DNA of 64,000 nt from Candidatus Nomurabacteria bacterium (lineage in GTDB: Bacteria; Patescibacteriota; Minisyncoccia; Phycocordibacterales; SBAW01), in the NCBI GenBank assembly GCA_020854065.1, contig JADZGF010000016.1, forward strand, positions 20,784-84,783. Direction: 5' to 3'. Of this stretch, positions 19,814 to 27,830 are shown one piece after another (position 1 is the stretch's first letter; each line of letters starts with the position of its first letter). Under the pieces are notes generated by a model, which had not been told where the DNA came from, did no database searches, and saw only the letters and a program-made list of their open reading frames with translations. The position numbers were made by a program, and so were the translations under genes.

Positions 19814-20650
19814 ATTCATTTGTACTCGTATCACTTCGACATTGAAGGCCTTGAGCGTCTCAAGAGCCGCAACAAGTGAGTACCCTTCTGCGAAGTAGAG
19901 CCGACGCAAGCCCGCGCTGATGCATGCACTCGCACACGGCGGACACGGAAAGGTGGTGACATAGAGGTCACAGCCCTCTGTCTTGATGCCACGACGAGCC
20001 GCCGCAGTGAGCACAGCGACTTCCGAATGCAATGCAAGCGAAAAGTCGATATGCTGTCCAGCATCAAAGTTGCTGCGTGGATCACCAAAGAGGTAGGCCG
20101 TCTGTTCGGAAGGAAGGTGTTGATTGAAGGAAACCAGCAACGGTTTCCCATCCCGCACAAGCACCGAACCAACCTGTCTCCACCAGTCAGGACTCCGCTG
20201 AGCCGTCTCGGACGCCGATCGCATGAAAGTGCGGTCGAACTCCGTAAACGACACCTCGGTGTCTACATCAGGCACTTGCTTGTTGAGCGTTGCAGTACGA
20301 TCGTACCGAAGTCGCCACCGACCATCAAACGTCACCTGCGCGTTGGGGAAATATGCATCCGCCAAAACTCGAGAGACATCTTCATCCGGCATCACGATAT
20401 CGGAATGAACCACGAAGGAGAGCTTATCCTTCGTCAGAACGCTCACCTGATCAAATATCCCAAGGGATCTGATCATGGTTGCAGTCTCTTCGGGTGTCGG
20501 CGCGGGTAAGTTTCTGGTAAGCGAGGAGAACTCGCTCACAAGATCCGCACCGAGCACCCAAAGCGTACCTCCTGGATACGCGCGGAAGAATTTGAGATAT
20601 CCTCCGTGCGGTGCCGCTACATACGCGACAAGGGTTTTACACCCTTCCAT
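19796..20650 (-). CDS. dCMP-deaminase-family protein with N-terminal degenerate nucleotidyltransferase-like domain
   Basis: C-terminal SPDWWRQVG, LHSE, LYVTTFPCPPC Zn-deaminase motifs; ~140 aa N-terminal extension; SD GAAGGAG. Confidence 0.85.
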   Translation of the reverse strand: MEGCKTLVAYVAAPHGGYLKFFRAYPGGTLWVLGADLVSEFSSLTRNLPAPTPEETATMIRSLGIFDQVSVLTKDKLSFVVHSDIVMPDEDVSRVLADAYFPNAQVTFDGRWRLRYDRTATLNKQVPDVDTEVSFTEFDRTFMRSASETAQRSPDWWRQVGSVLVRDGKPLLVSFNQHLPSEQTAYLFGDPRSNFDAGQHIDFSLALHSEVAVLTAAARRGIKTEGCDLYVTTFPCPPCASACISAGLRRLYFAEGYSLVAALETLKAFNVEVIRVQMNNPPTS

Positions 20651-21323
20651 TTTTGATCTCCTTCAAAACCTTGAGCATCGCAGACTCGACCATGTCTGCA
20701 GCTTGAGCCATGCCCTCCAATGTGAGACGGCTAAGCCGTGCTGAAGAGTTGTCATTGAGTTGCTGCTGAAGGTTAACGATCTGCCCACAATATATTCCTT
20801 GGGCTTTGAGTTTCTTCTCGTCGTTGGTGGATTCCGATATGACGCGTACGTCATGCGGCAGAATTTTGGGCAGTTCCGCGAGCTTGCGTTCGATCGTAAC
20901 GATGTCGGTGCTCCGCGTATGCGCGATCTGTCTCGCCCGTTCCATTTCTGGAACAAAGGGACGTTTCGGTCCCTTGCGAGCACGAGTCAACTCATCGGAA
21001 TCGACTGCAACAACAGTGATCACATGCTCGGCTTTGGGAAATTTTTCTCCTGCCTTGTCCTTCCCAAGTTCGATGTAGTTTTCGTGACCAAGATGTTTGA
21101 GATCCCACGTGCCCATAATGAGCACGATCACGCATCCCATGGAGCGCAAGATATCGACGAGCTTAATCAGTTCGTCGTGATTTTCCATGAAGCGGTCGTC
21201 AAACCGAGCCGTCCCCGAAATGATCCGTTGAGCACGGAGCATCAGAGGATCGGGCTTTCGAGGACGATACTTGGAGCGCCCGGTACCATTGCCAGGTTTT
21301 CCATTCACGTGCCTTTTTACCAT
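20637..21323 (-). CDS. cytidylyltransferase-like (HIGH nucleotidyltransferase, RfaE-II/TagD-like)
   Basis: GTWDLKHLGH, VAVDSD...RKGPKRPFVPEMER, C-terminal SSARL; SD GAGGTG. Confidence 0.85.
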   Translation of the reverse strand: MVKRHVNGKPGNGTGRSKYRPRKPDPLMLRAQRIISGTARFDDRFMENHDELIKLVDILRSMGCVIVLIMGTWDLKHLGHENYIELGKDKAGEKFPKAEHVITVVAVDSDELTRARKGPKRPFVPEMERARQIAHTRSTDIVTIERKLAELPKILPHDVRVISESTNDEKKLKAQGIYCGQIVNLQQQLNDNSSARLSRLTLEGMAQAADMVESAMLKVLKEIKNGRV

Positions 21324-21441
21324 CACTCACCTCTCAAAGGACAGAGTTATTCCGTAAAAACCTTACCAATACGCAGATGGGTTGTGCAAAGGGATTTTGA
21401 TAGGTATAGTTTTGCCGGAAATCATTCCAGAGGAGCGGCAT

Positions 21442-21978
21442 ATGACAGAGAAACCTGTCCGCCTTGATATCTGCATCATTGCCGCTATGACACCAAGCGG
21501 TGTTATTGGGAGATCCGGCACCTTGCCGTGGCGTATGCCAAGCGATCTGCAACGGTTTCGGCACCTCACACTGGGGCACAGTGTGGTTATGGGGTACAAG
21601 ACCTTTGCCGAGATTATTGCTCGCAGAGGCGCTCCACTTACGGAGCGCATAAACTATGTAGTGACAAACCACCATGTGGATCAAGTGCGTCAAAGTGGGG
21701 CTACGCCACTGCGCACTCTCTACGGAGGTGTTGCTGACACATGGCTCAACGCAAAGGAATATTACATTATTGGTGGCCGAAGTCTCTACGAAGAGGCATT
21801 AAGCCGAGCAGACCGGATGTTGCTGACCATAATCGAAGCTGATGTTGTAGGAGATGTCTACTTCCCCACCATCGATTACTCTCAATGGCATCTCGTTCGT
21901 GAGACAGAAATTACTCGTTTTGATCCACGAGACGAACATCCAAGCCGCTTCAAAGAATACGAGCGTATTAAGCGCTAG
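21442..21978 (+). CDS. folA: dihydrofolate reductase
   Basis: IIAAM..GVIG..GTLPWRMPSDLQRFRHLT.GHSVVMGYKT, IIGG, GDVYFP; SD AGAGGAG. Confidence 0.95.
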   Translation: MTEKPVRLDICIIAAMTPSGVIGRSGTLPWRMPSDLQRFRHLTLGHSVVMGYKTFAEIIARRGAPLTERINYVVTNHHVDQVRQSGATPLRTLYGGVADTWLNAKEYYIIGGRSLYEEALSRADRMLLTIIEADVVGDVYFPTIDYSQWHLVRETEITRFDPRDEHPSRFKEYERIKR

Positions 21979-21985
21979 CAACAAA

Positions 21986-22022
21986 GACCCGTCCGGAATT
22001 TCCGGACGGGTCATTTCTTTTT
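21986..22022 (+). terminator. intrinsic terminator after folA
   Basis: GACCCGTCCGGA-ATT-TCCGGACGGGTC followed by ATTTCTTTTT. Confidence 0.8.
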
Positions 22023-22028
22023 ACGCAC

Positions 22029-22280
22029 TCAAAGCGCATCTTCTTTCTGTCGCAGATGCACCGTGGCGCACTTGCGATCCATCTCATCGCGAAGTGCGGT
22101 GAGCACTTCTCCAACCGAATAGTCGCCATCATTGCACATCTGGAGAGCTGAAAACATTTTCCGCCCCACATCCTGCAAGCTTGGCTTGGGGAGTTCAACC
22201 CCTTCGATCCTAAGTGGCTTTGTCCGCTCCTTCACATGCGCGAGAAGCGCGCGAAGTTCCGCCGGCGGCACACGAGACAT
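22029..22280 (-). CDS. small hypothetical protein
   Basis: 83 aa ORF (MSRVPP...) with SD GAAAGAGGAG, bounded by two terminators. Confidence 0.55.
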   Translation of the reverse strand: MSRVPPAELRALLAHVKERTKPLRIEGVELPKPSLQDVGRKMFSALQMCNDGDYSVGEVLTALRDEMDRKCATVHLRQKEDAL

Positions 22281-22326
22281 GAGTGGCACTCCTCTTTCTA
22301 TACTGGCCAAACGCCAGCCTACCATG

Positions 22327-22354
22327 AAAAACCGCCCGGAGGGCCGGGCGGTTT
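22327..22354 (-). terminator. intrinsic terminator after rplK
   Basis: AAACCGCCCGG-AGGG-CCGGGCGGTTT with U-tract on the minus strand. Confidence 0.85.
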
Positions 22355-22360
22355 CAAAAC

Positions 22361-22783
22361 TTATTTAATCTCTACTCCCATCGAACGGGCAGAACCCGCG
22401 ATGATCTTGAATGCTGCCTCAGGATCATTTGCCGAGAGGTCAGGCATTTTCTTTGCTGCAATGTCAGCAACTTGTGCTTTGGTGAGAGTGCCGATTTTAG
22501 AGGTATTCGGCTTGCCGCTTCCCTTCTCTTTGCCGAGTGCTTTGAGGATCAAAGACGATGCAGGAGGAGTTTTGAGGACGAAATCATAGGTGCGGTCTTC
22601 ATAGACCGAGATTTCTGCAGGAACCAAGTCACCGCGCATGTCTTTCGAGGCGTCGTTGAACTTCTTCAGAAACTCGCCAATGTTAATACCAGCAGGGCCA
22701 AGCACCTGACCCATAGCAGGAGTCATAGCGGCTGCGCCACCCTGGGCAATAATTTTGATTTTTTTAACTACCTTTTTTGCCAT
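22361..22783 (-). CDS. rplK: 50S ribosomal protein L11
   Basis: LGPAGINIGEFLKKFN, DFVLKTPPAS, IAGSARSMG. Confidence 0.98.
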   Translation of the reverse strand: MAKKVVKKIKIIAQGGAAAMTPAMGQVLGPAGINIGEFLKKFNDASKDMRGDLVPAEISVYEDRTYDFVLKTPPASSLILKALGKEKGSGKPNTSKIGTLTKAQVADIAAKKMPDLSANDPEAAFKIIAGSARSMGVEIK

Positions 22784-22802
22784 AAAGCTTTAAGAGAATA
22801 CG

Positions 22803-23354
22803 TTAGATACGCTTGATTTGCAAGAAATCGAGTTCAACTGGGGTTTCGCGACCAAACATGGCAACCAGCACCTTTACCTTGCCACGGGCCTCATCAACCT
22901 CCCCTACTTTGCCATCAAGATCCTTAAATGGACCATCAACGATAACGACTGAGTCGCCAACCGTGACATCAATCGCGTGGCGGGTAGTACCTTCAGTTGC
23001 CTGCATGCGACCCAAAAGGGTGTTTACCTCATCTGGGCGGAGTGGAACTGGGTTTACACCACTTCCAACGAAGCCTGTTACGCGCGGCGTGTTGCGCACT
23101 ACATACCAAGACTGGTCATCCACGATCATATCGACGAGCACGTAGCCGGGATACACTTTCTCCTCTTCCTCAACACGGCGGCCACCTTTAATCTTGATTG
23201 TTTTCTCGGTAGGGACAATAACCTGGAAAATCTTTTCCGAGAGACCGAGAGACTCAATGCGCTGGCGCAAGTTACGCGCTACGGCATTTTCATAACCGGC
23301 ATATGTGTGAATGGCGTACCATGCGCGCCCAACGCTTGTATCTTGTTTAGACAT
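22803..23354 (-). CDS. nusG: transcription termination/antitermination factor NusG
   Basis: WYAIHTYAGYE, PGYVLV, VRNTPRVTGFVG, KOW GPF, FGRETPVELDF. Confidence 0.98.
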   Translation of the reverse strand: MSKQDTSVGRAWYAIHTYAGYENAVARNLRQRIESLGLSEKIFQVIVPTEKTIKIKGGRRVEEEEKVYPGYVLVDMIVDDQSWYVVRNTPRVTGFVGSGVNPVPLRPDEVNTLLGRMQATEGTTRHAIDVTVGDSVVIVDGPFKDLDGKVGEVDEARGKVKVLVAMFGRETPVELDFLQIKRI

Positions 23355-23359
23355 GGCAG

Positions 23360-23530
23360 TTAGACAATACGGGTAATGAGGGTGGAAAATATATAGTCGA
23401 GCGCACCCAAATAGAGTGCGGTTGCAATAGAGACCGCCAACACCACAATGGTGTACATAATAGTAGTCCGGCGTGATGGCCAGCTGACGTGATTGAGCTC
23501 TGCACGAACGTCTTTAAAGTAGGTAAACAT
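23360..23530 (-). CDS. secE: preprotein translocase subunit SecE (not in ORF track, 56 aa)
   Basis: Manual translation MFTYFKDVRAELNHVSWPSRRTTIMYTIVVLAVSIATALYLGALDYIFSTLITRIV; directly upstream of nusG. Confidence 0.93.
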   Translation of the reverse strand: MFTYFKDVRAELNHVSWPSRRTTIMYTIVVLAVSIATALYLGALDYIFSTLITRIV

Positions 23531-23553
23531 AGTGTCTATAAGAGATTCTCTTA

Positions 23554-23582
23554 AGAAAAAACCCCCTGCTGGGGTCTTTTCT
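23554..23582 (-). terminator. probable terminator between the SIMPL gene and secE
   Basis: AGAAAAAACCCC-CTGCT-GGGGTCTTTTCT imperfect hairpin with U-tract on the minus strand. Confidence 0.5.
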
Positions 23583-23614
23583 GAAGAGTACTCCTTTTAC
23601 GCCCTCTCGTCAAG

Positions 23615-24421
23615 TTAGCGAATTTCGTAGGTAACTGAGACGTTTGAGACGACTTTATTCTCCCCGGTTGAGATCTCTGGCGCCTTGTTAGAGGCATCCT
23701 GAGCCATGGTTTCCATGCCGCCGCGACCATATGCCACTGGGTACGGATAGCCGCCGTTTGATTCAGTAAAGGAGACTACACGGACCAGAGATACACCGAG
23801 CTCTCGTGCGAGCTTCTCTGCCTGAGATTTTGCATCAGCAATAGCTGCTCCACGTGCCTCATCCTCGCCCTGATGTGGATCATCAAAGGTAAAGTTAAGA
23901 CCCGAGACCTCGGTTGCACCGCGGGTCCCTACCCCTGCGAGAAGATCCCCTGCCTGGGCAATGTCACGCACCTTAACTGTGGTTGATTGACGTACCTCAT
24001 AGCCGCGCAACACCTGGCGACCTGATGGGCAGCTGCCATTGAGGCAGGCCTCTTGCACCCAGTCATATTGCGGGTAGATCGAGTAATTGCTGGTCTGAAT
24101 ATCACGTTCAGCGACACCCACCTCTTTGAGGTACGCGACCGTAGCGTTGCTCTTAGTAGTAGCTTCTGTTTGTGCGGCTTCGACAGTCGGTTTTAGAGAA
24201 ACGACTGAGTACGTAAAAGTTGCAAGGTCAGGCACACCACTTGCCTCTCCATATCCAGAGACGGTGATTGTGTTAGCGGGCATAACTCCGGCGCCGATGT
24301 AGCGCATAGCCATAACCTCGCTAAATGCCTTAAGACCCAAAAAGACCGCTAACAGAATCACGACAACAAATACCGCTGTACGTGTTCGATCGCCCAAAGG
24401 ACCGTTAAATAATGCGTCCAT
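23615..24421 (-). CDS. SIMPL (DUF541) domain protein
   Basis: TITVSGYGE...PDLA, DIQTSNYSIYPQY, AIADAKSQAEKLA..LG, V.VTYEI. Confidence 0.92.
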   Translation of the reverse strand: MDALFNGPLGDRTRTAVFVVVILLAVFLGLKAFSEVMAMRYIGAGVMPANTITVSGYGEASGVPDLATFTYSVVSLKPTVEAAQTEATTKSNATVAYLKEVGVAERDIQTSNYSIYPQYDWVQEACLNGSCPSGRQVLRGYEVRQSTTVKVRDIAQAGDLLAGVGTRGATEVSGLNFTFDDPHQGEDEARGAAIADAKSQAEKLARELGVSLVRVVSFTESNGGYPYPVAYGRGGMETMAQDASNKAPEISTGENKVVSNVSVTYEIR

Positions 24422-24452
24422 GAAATTAGGATAAACGAATAATGCTTCGTAC

Positions 24453-25139
24453 CTATTGACGAGCCCCGAGCGCAGTTATTACCGCCTTAAATTGCTCGTA
24501 TGGCAGCGCACCCGAAACGGGCACTTGCGCACCGTAGCCATACACCACAGTATACGGCGTCCCGGTACCGCCCGATGCATATGCTTCACCAGCGTGGCGA
24601 TCAATCAATTCATCATATACACCAGACGCAACACATGTGTTGTACGTTATCGGATTAACACCCAGACTGTTTCCAACCGATGCATACAACCCTGCGCCCA
24701 TAGCCTGCTGATTGGCAAACACTTCGTCGAGGAAGGTCCAAAAACCACTATCACCTAACTGTGCAGCAATACACTCGCTCGCAATCGCTGCAGGGCGCGC
24801 CTCAGGATGAATACTCTCAAGTGGGAAATGTCTGTAGATCCACGCAATCTCTCCGTCACTTTCATCAACTAACCGTTTCAGTGTTGGATTTACCCGGTCA
24901 CAAAATGGGCACTGGAAGTCCGAATACTCAATTAAAAATACACTTGCTGTGCGGGAACCATATACATGGTCTTCCGTAGTCGGCGCAGGAACGTTCGCTT
25001 GTGCATAGCCACTATTCTCTTGCGGCACCGCAGCAGCGGCAGGACCAGGATAGCGGTTCACAAATACAATAGCTGCAGCAATAATGACGCCGCAGATGAT
25101 GATCGCGACGGGTGGTGTTATCTCTATCTTTTTAGGCAT
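24453..25139 (-). CDS. DsbA-family thioredoxin-fold protein, membrane anchored
   Basis: EYSDFQCPFC, YRHFPL, GTP motifs; N-terminal TM. Confidence 0.92.
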   Translation of the reverse strand: MPKKIEITPPVAIIICGVIIAAAIVFVNRYPGPAAAAVPQENSGYAQANVPAPTTEDHVYGSRTASVFLIEYSDFQCPFCDRVNPTLKRLVDESDGEIAWIYRHFPLESIHPEARPAAIASECIAAQLGDSGFWTFLDEVFANQQAMGAGLYASVGNSLGVNPITYNTCVASGVYDELIDRHAGEAYASGGTGTPYTVVYGYGAQVPVSGALPYEQFKAVITALGARQ

Positions 25140-25146
25140 GAAGGTA

Positions 25147-25569
25147 CTATACCACCTCCCCCTTCTCTTTTTTAAGTAAATCGCGGATTTCCTCGAGCAA
25201 ACGCACGTCATCCGGCTTGGCCGAAGGCGGTATGTCATCATTTCGGAAGAGTCTCTCGCGTGCTGCAGCAAGCAGTTTAAAGACGGCGAAGATCGCAAGC
25301 GATATAACGATAAAGTTAAAGATCACTTGGAGAAACGCACCGTAGCGGACCACTACATCGGGACGTACTGCCACAGAAAGCGTTTTGAAATCGACATTGT
25401 TCGTGAGCAAGCCAAGGAGCGGCGTGATAATGTCGCCCACTAACGAGTTAACCACTGCGGTAAACGCGTTGCCCACGACGACTGCAATCGCAAGCTCAAA
25501 TGCATTGCCTTTAATGGCAAAACGTTTGAACTCACTCATAAAACCTCCTGCTTTTTTTAGAATCACCAT
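25147..25569 (-). CDS. mscL: large-conductance mechanosensitive channel
   Basis: EFKRFAIKGNAFELAIAVVVG, YGAFL, LLEEIRDLL. Confidence 0.95.
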   Translation of the reverse strand: MVILKKAGGFMSEFKRFAIKGNAFELAIAVVVGNAFTAVVNSLVGDIITPLLGLLTNNVDFKTLSVAVRPDVVVRYGAFLQVIFNFIVISLAIFAVFKLLAAARERLFRNDDIPPSAKPDDVRLLEEIRDLLKKEKGEVV

Positions 25570-25570
25570 A

Positions 25571-26011
25571 TTACTTTTGTTGGAGCTTTTCTACGCGCTC
25601 TATAAGTTGTGTAAGGCCTGCACGAAGTTCCTCAAGCGTTTTATGCTCCGCGGCATCACGTGCAACCTCCTCTTCCTCGCTTTCGAGAACCTCCTCAACG
25701 TCTTCCTGCATTTCCTCGACATCCTCCTGAATTTCATCGATATCCTCCTGGATTTCGTCGATGTCCTGCTCAACCTCTTCAATTGCCATCGTTTGCGCGT
25801 TCACGCTCATCTGGATAAAGATCGCCAAGTAGATAGCCTCAAGCGAAACAATGGTAGTGAGGATAAGCAGCATGCGATCGATAGGCAAAAAATGGAGCCA
25901 CACTGCAGCAAAGCTTGCCCCAAACACAAGCGTGTGCACGACAATAGATTGCGGGCTACCAACCCACCGCGTGACTTTAAGTGCAGTCTTTTCGATACGA
26001 TCTTTTTTCAT
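25571..26011 (-). CDS. DUF1003-like membrane protein with acidic heptad coiled coil
   Basis: WVGS...LTTIVSLEAIYLAIFIQMSVN followed by (E/Q)D(I/V)(D/E)E(I/M)Q repeats. Confidence 0.75.
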   Translation of the reverse strand: MKKDRIEKTALKVTRWVGSPQSIVVHTLVFGASFAAVWLHFLPIDRMLLILTTIVSLEAIYLAIFIQMSVNAQTMAIEEVEQDIDEIQEDIDEIQEDVEEMQEDVEEVLESEEEEVARDAAEHKTLEELRAGLTQLIERVEKLQQK

Positions 26012-26018
26012 TTGAAAT

Positions 26019-26093
26019 TGGGGTGCCTACAGGGAATTGAACCCTGATCACCGCTGCCACAGAGCGGAGCTTTACCATTAAGCTATAGGCACC
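26019..26093 (-). tRNA. tRNA-His(GTG) with encoded G-1 and CCA
   Basis: GGTGCCTATAGCTTAATGGTAAAGCT-CCGCT-CTGTGGC-AGCGG-TGATCAGGGTTCAATTCCCTGTAGGCACCCCA. Confidence 0.95.
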
Positions 26094-26569
26094 ATGAGCT
26101 TATCCCGCTCCACGGGGTAGCGATGGACAAGATGGTGGCAATTATGGCAGAGATACACGAGGTTTTCAACCTTATTATTCTTACGATTTTTATCAATATG
26201 ATGAACTGCGATAACACGCCTATCTTCAGTTTTGCAAAGTCGACAATATTTTTTCATTCCCGCCCTACTCAACACGCTTCTATAGGAAGATTTTCCATCC
26301 ACATAGTTGGAGTGTTTTTCTCCTATATACAATTGATTTCTCCAACGAGTCTGGCAACTTTTTGAACAGAAGTACTTTCCACTTTTTGAACGCTCAATCA
26401 TCCGAGGAGCGCGGTATATTTCCTTGTCGCACTCATGACACTGCCTGCTCTCTCCTTTCTTTACCCCTTGATACTGACACTTTTTAGAACAATAGCGCCC
26501 CCACCCTTGTCGCACAAAGAAAGGCTTCGTCTTGAATTGCGTGCTGCATACTTCACACGCGCGGACCAT
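26078..26569 (-). CDS. HNH endonuclease with N-terminal Cys-rich zinc fingers
   Basis: CEVC/YCSKKC/CHEC/FCSKSC modules, then CRLC...VHHIDKNRKNNKVENLVYLCHNCHHLVH; stop codon lies inside tRNA-His. Confidence 0.88.
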   Translation of the reverse strand: MVRACEVCSTQFKTKPFFVRQGWGRYCSKKCQYQGVKKGESRQCHECDKEIYRAPRMIERSKSGKYFCSKSCQTRWRNQLYIGEKHSNYVDGKSSYRSVLSRAGMKKYCRLCKTEDRRVIAVHHIDKNRKNNKVENLVYLCHNCHHLVHRYPVERDKLMVPIA

Positions 26570-26643
26570 GCCTATATTTTCCCCCACACGAGAGAAAGAG
26601 TAAATACACAAGTTTGTGGATATACAGAAGCCTCTCTAAAACC

Positions 26644-27630
26644 CTATATTTTTGCGCGCACCATTTCACGGCGCGAGGATACGTACGCAAAGAGCACAAA
26701 CACTAATCCGATAAGGCCGGTGATAATTTCTGGCACATGGTACACGAGTCCAACTAACATCGATAAGGAAAGGCCGAGTATTGCCCAGTGTGCACCGTGT
26801 TCAAGGTACGGTAGATGCTCAAGTGTGCGCTTGCGAACCAGGTAGAGCGTAATGGCACGGACAAAGTAAGCGCCAATACCAAGACCGATAAAGATAATAA
26901 TGATCTGCGTGGTGATAGCGAAGGCTCCCACTACCCCATCGAGTGAGAATGCTGCGTCGAGTACGTTTAAGTACACGAACAGTGCTGCGGAACTGCGCGC
27001 AATATCGCCTCGATGCTGCCCGAGTGAGTTTGCCAACCCTTGTATGGCAATGAAAAGGACAATACCCACGACACCTGCAGCAAGTACAAGACCTTGCGGC
27101 GCGTGCGCAACATAGGAGAGTGCGAGTATGGCCATAAGCGCAAGTGCTATCTCAATAGCTTCGATACGTCCCCAGCGCTTCATGTGGCGCTCAACCGAGG
27201 CTATCCAGTCAACTTCTTTGGCAGTGTCGAAAAAATACTGGAGCGACACCATCAAAAGAAACACACCACCAAAAGCAAGAATTGCTGGCGATGCATGTTT
27301 AAGGAGTTCGCCATACGCAACGGGATCGTTAAACGCCAACAGTGTTGCGGCCCATGGAGACACCCATGCAGCGATAGCAACGATCAACACCGGCAAGACT
27401 AAGCGCGTACCAAACACTGCAACCAAGATTCCCCACGTCAAAAAGCGGCGACGCCACTTCTCTTCCATGTTTGCGAGCACTTTTGCATTCACCACTGCGT
27501 TATCGAAAGAAAGTGTCACCTCAAGTACCGACAATAATGCCGCAAGCCATAGTGCTGCAAAGCCTCCCCACAGATACGCACCAATAAGTGCTACGATCGA
27601 ACCCACTATCGGACCAATAAAAATATGCAT
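26644..27630 (-). CDS. DUF475 / TerC-like integral membrane protein
   Basis: LEVTLSFDNAVVNAKVL, FSLDGVVGAFAIT, YLEHGAHWAI. Confidence 0.9.
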   Translation of the reverse strand: MHIFIGPIVGSIVALIGAYLWGGFAALWLAALLSVLEVTLSFDNAVVNAKVLANMEEKWRRRFLTWGILVAVFGTRLVLPVLIVAIAAWVSPWAATLLAFNDPVAYGELLKHASPAILAFGGVFLLMVSLQYFFDTAKEVDWIASVERHMKRWGRIEAIEIALALMAILALSYVAHAPQGLVLAAGVVGIVLFIAIQGLANSLGQHRGDIARSSAALFVYLNVLDAAFSLDGVVGAFAITTQIIIIFIGLGIGAYFVRAITLYLVRKRTLEHLPYLEHGAHWAILGLSLSMLVGLVYHVPEIITGLIGLVFVLFAYVSSRREMVRAKI

Positions 27631-27693
27631 CGCATCATTGTATCAGTGCTGGTAAATTTCCCTAAAATCTCTATACTGAAGCGTGTTCGAAAT

Positions 27694-27778
27694 GCCCAGG
27701 TGGCGGAATTGGTATACGCGTATGCTTGAGGTGCATATGCCGCAAGGCTTGGAGGTTCGAGTCCTCTCCTGGGCACCA
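27694..27778 (+). tRNA. tRNA-Leu(GAG)
   Basis: GCCCAGGTGGCGGAATTGGTATACGCG-TATGC-TTGAGGT-GCATA, long variable arm, GGTTCGAGTCC, CCA end. Confidence 0.96.
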
Positions 27779-27789
27779 CGGAAATAAAG

Positions 27790-27815
27790 ACGTCCCCGCA
27801 CATGCGGGGACGTTT
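27790..27815. terminator. hairpin terminator after tRNA-Leu
   Basis: ACGTCCCCGC-ACAT-GCGGGGACGT followed by TT. Confidence 0.75.
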
Positions 27816-27830
27816 GCGTATATGCAAAGA

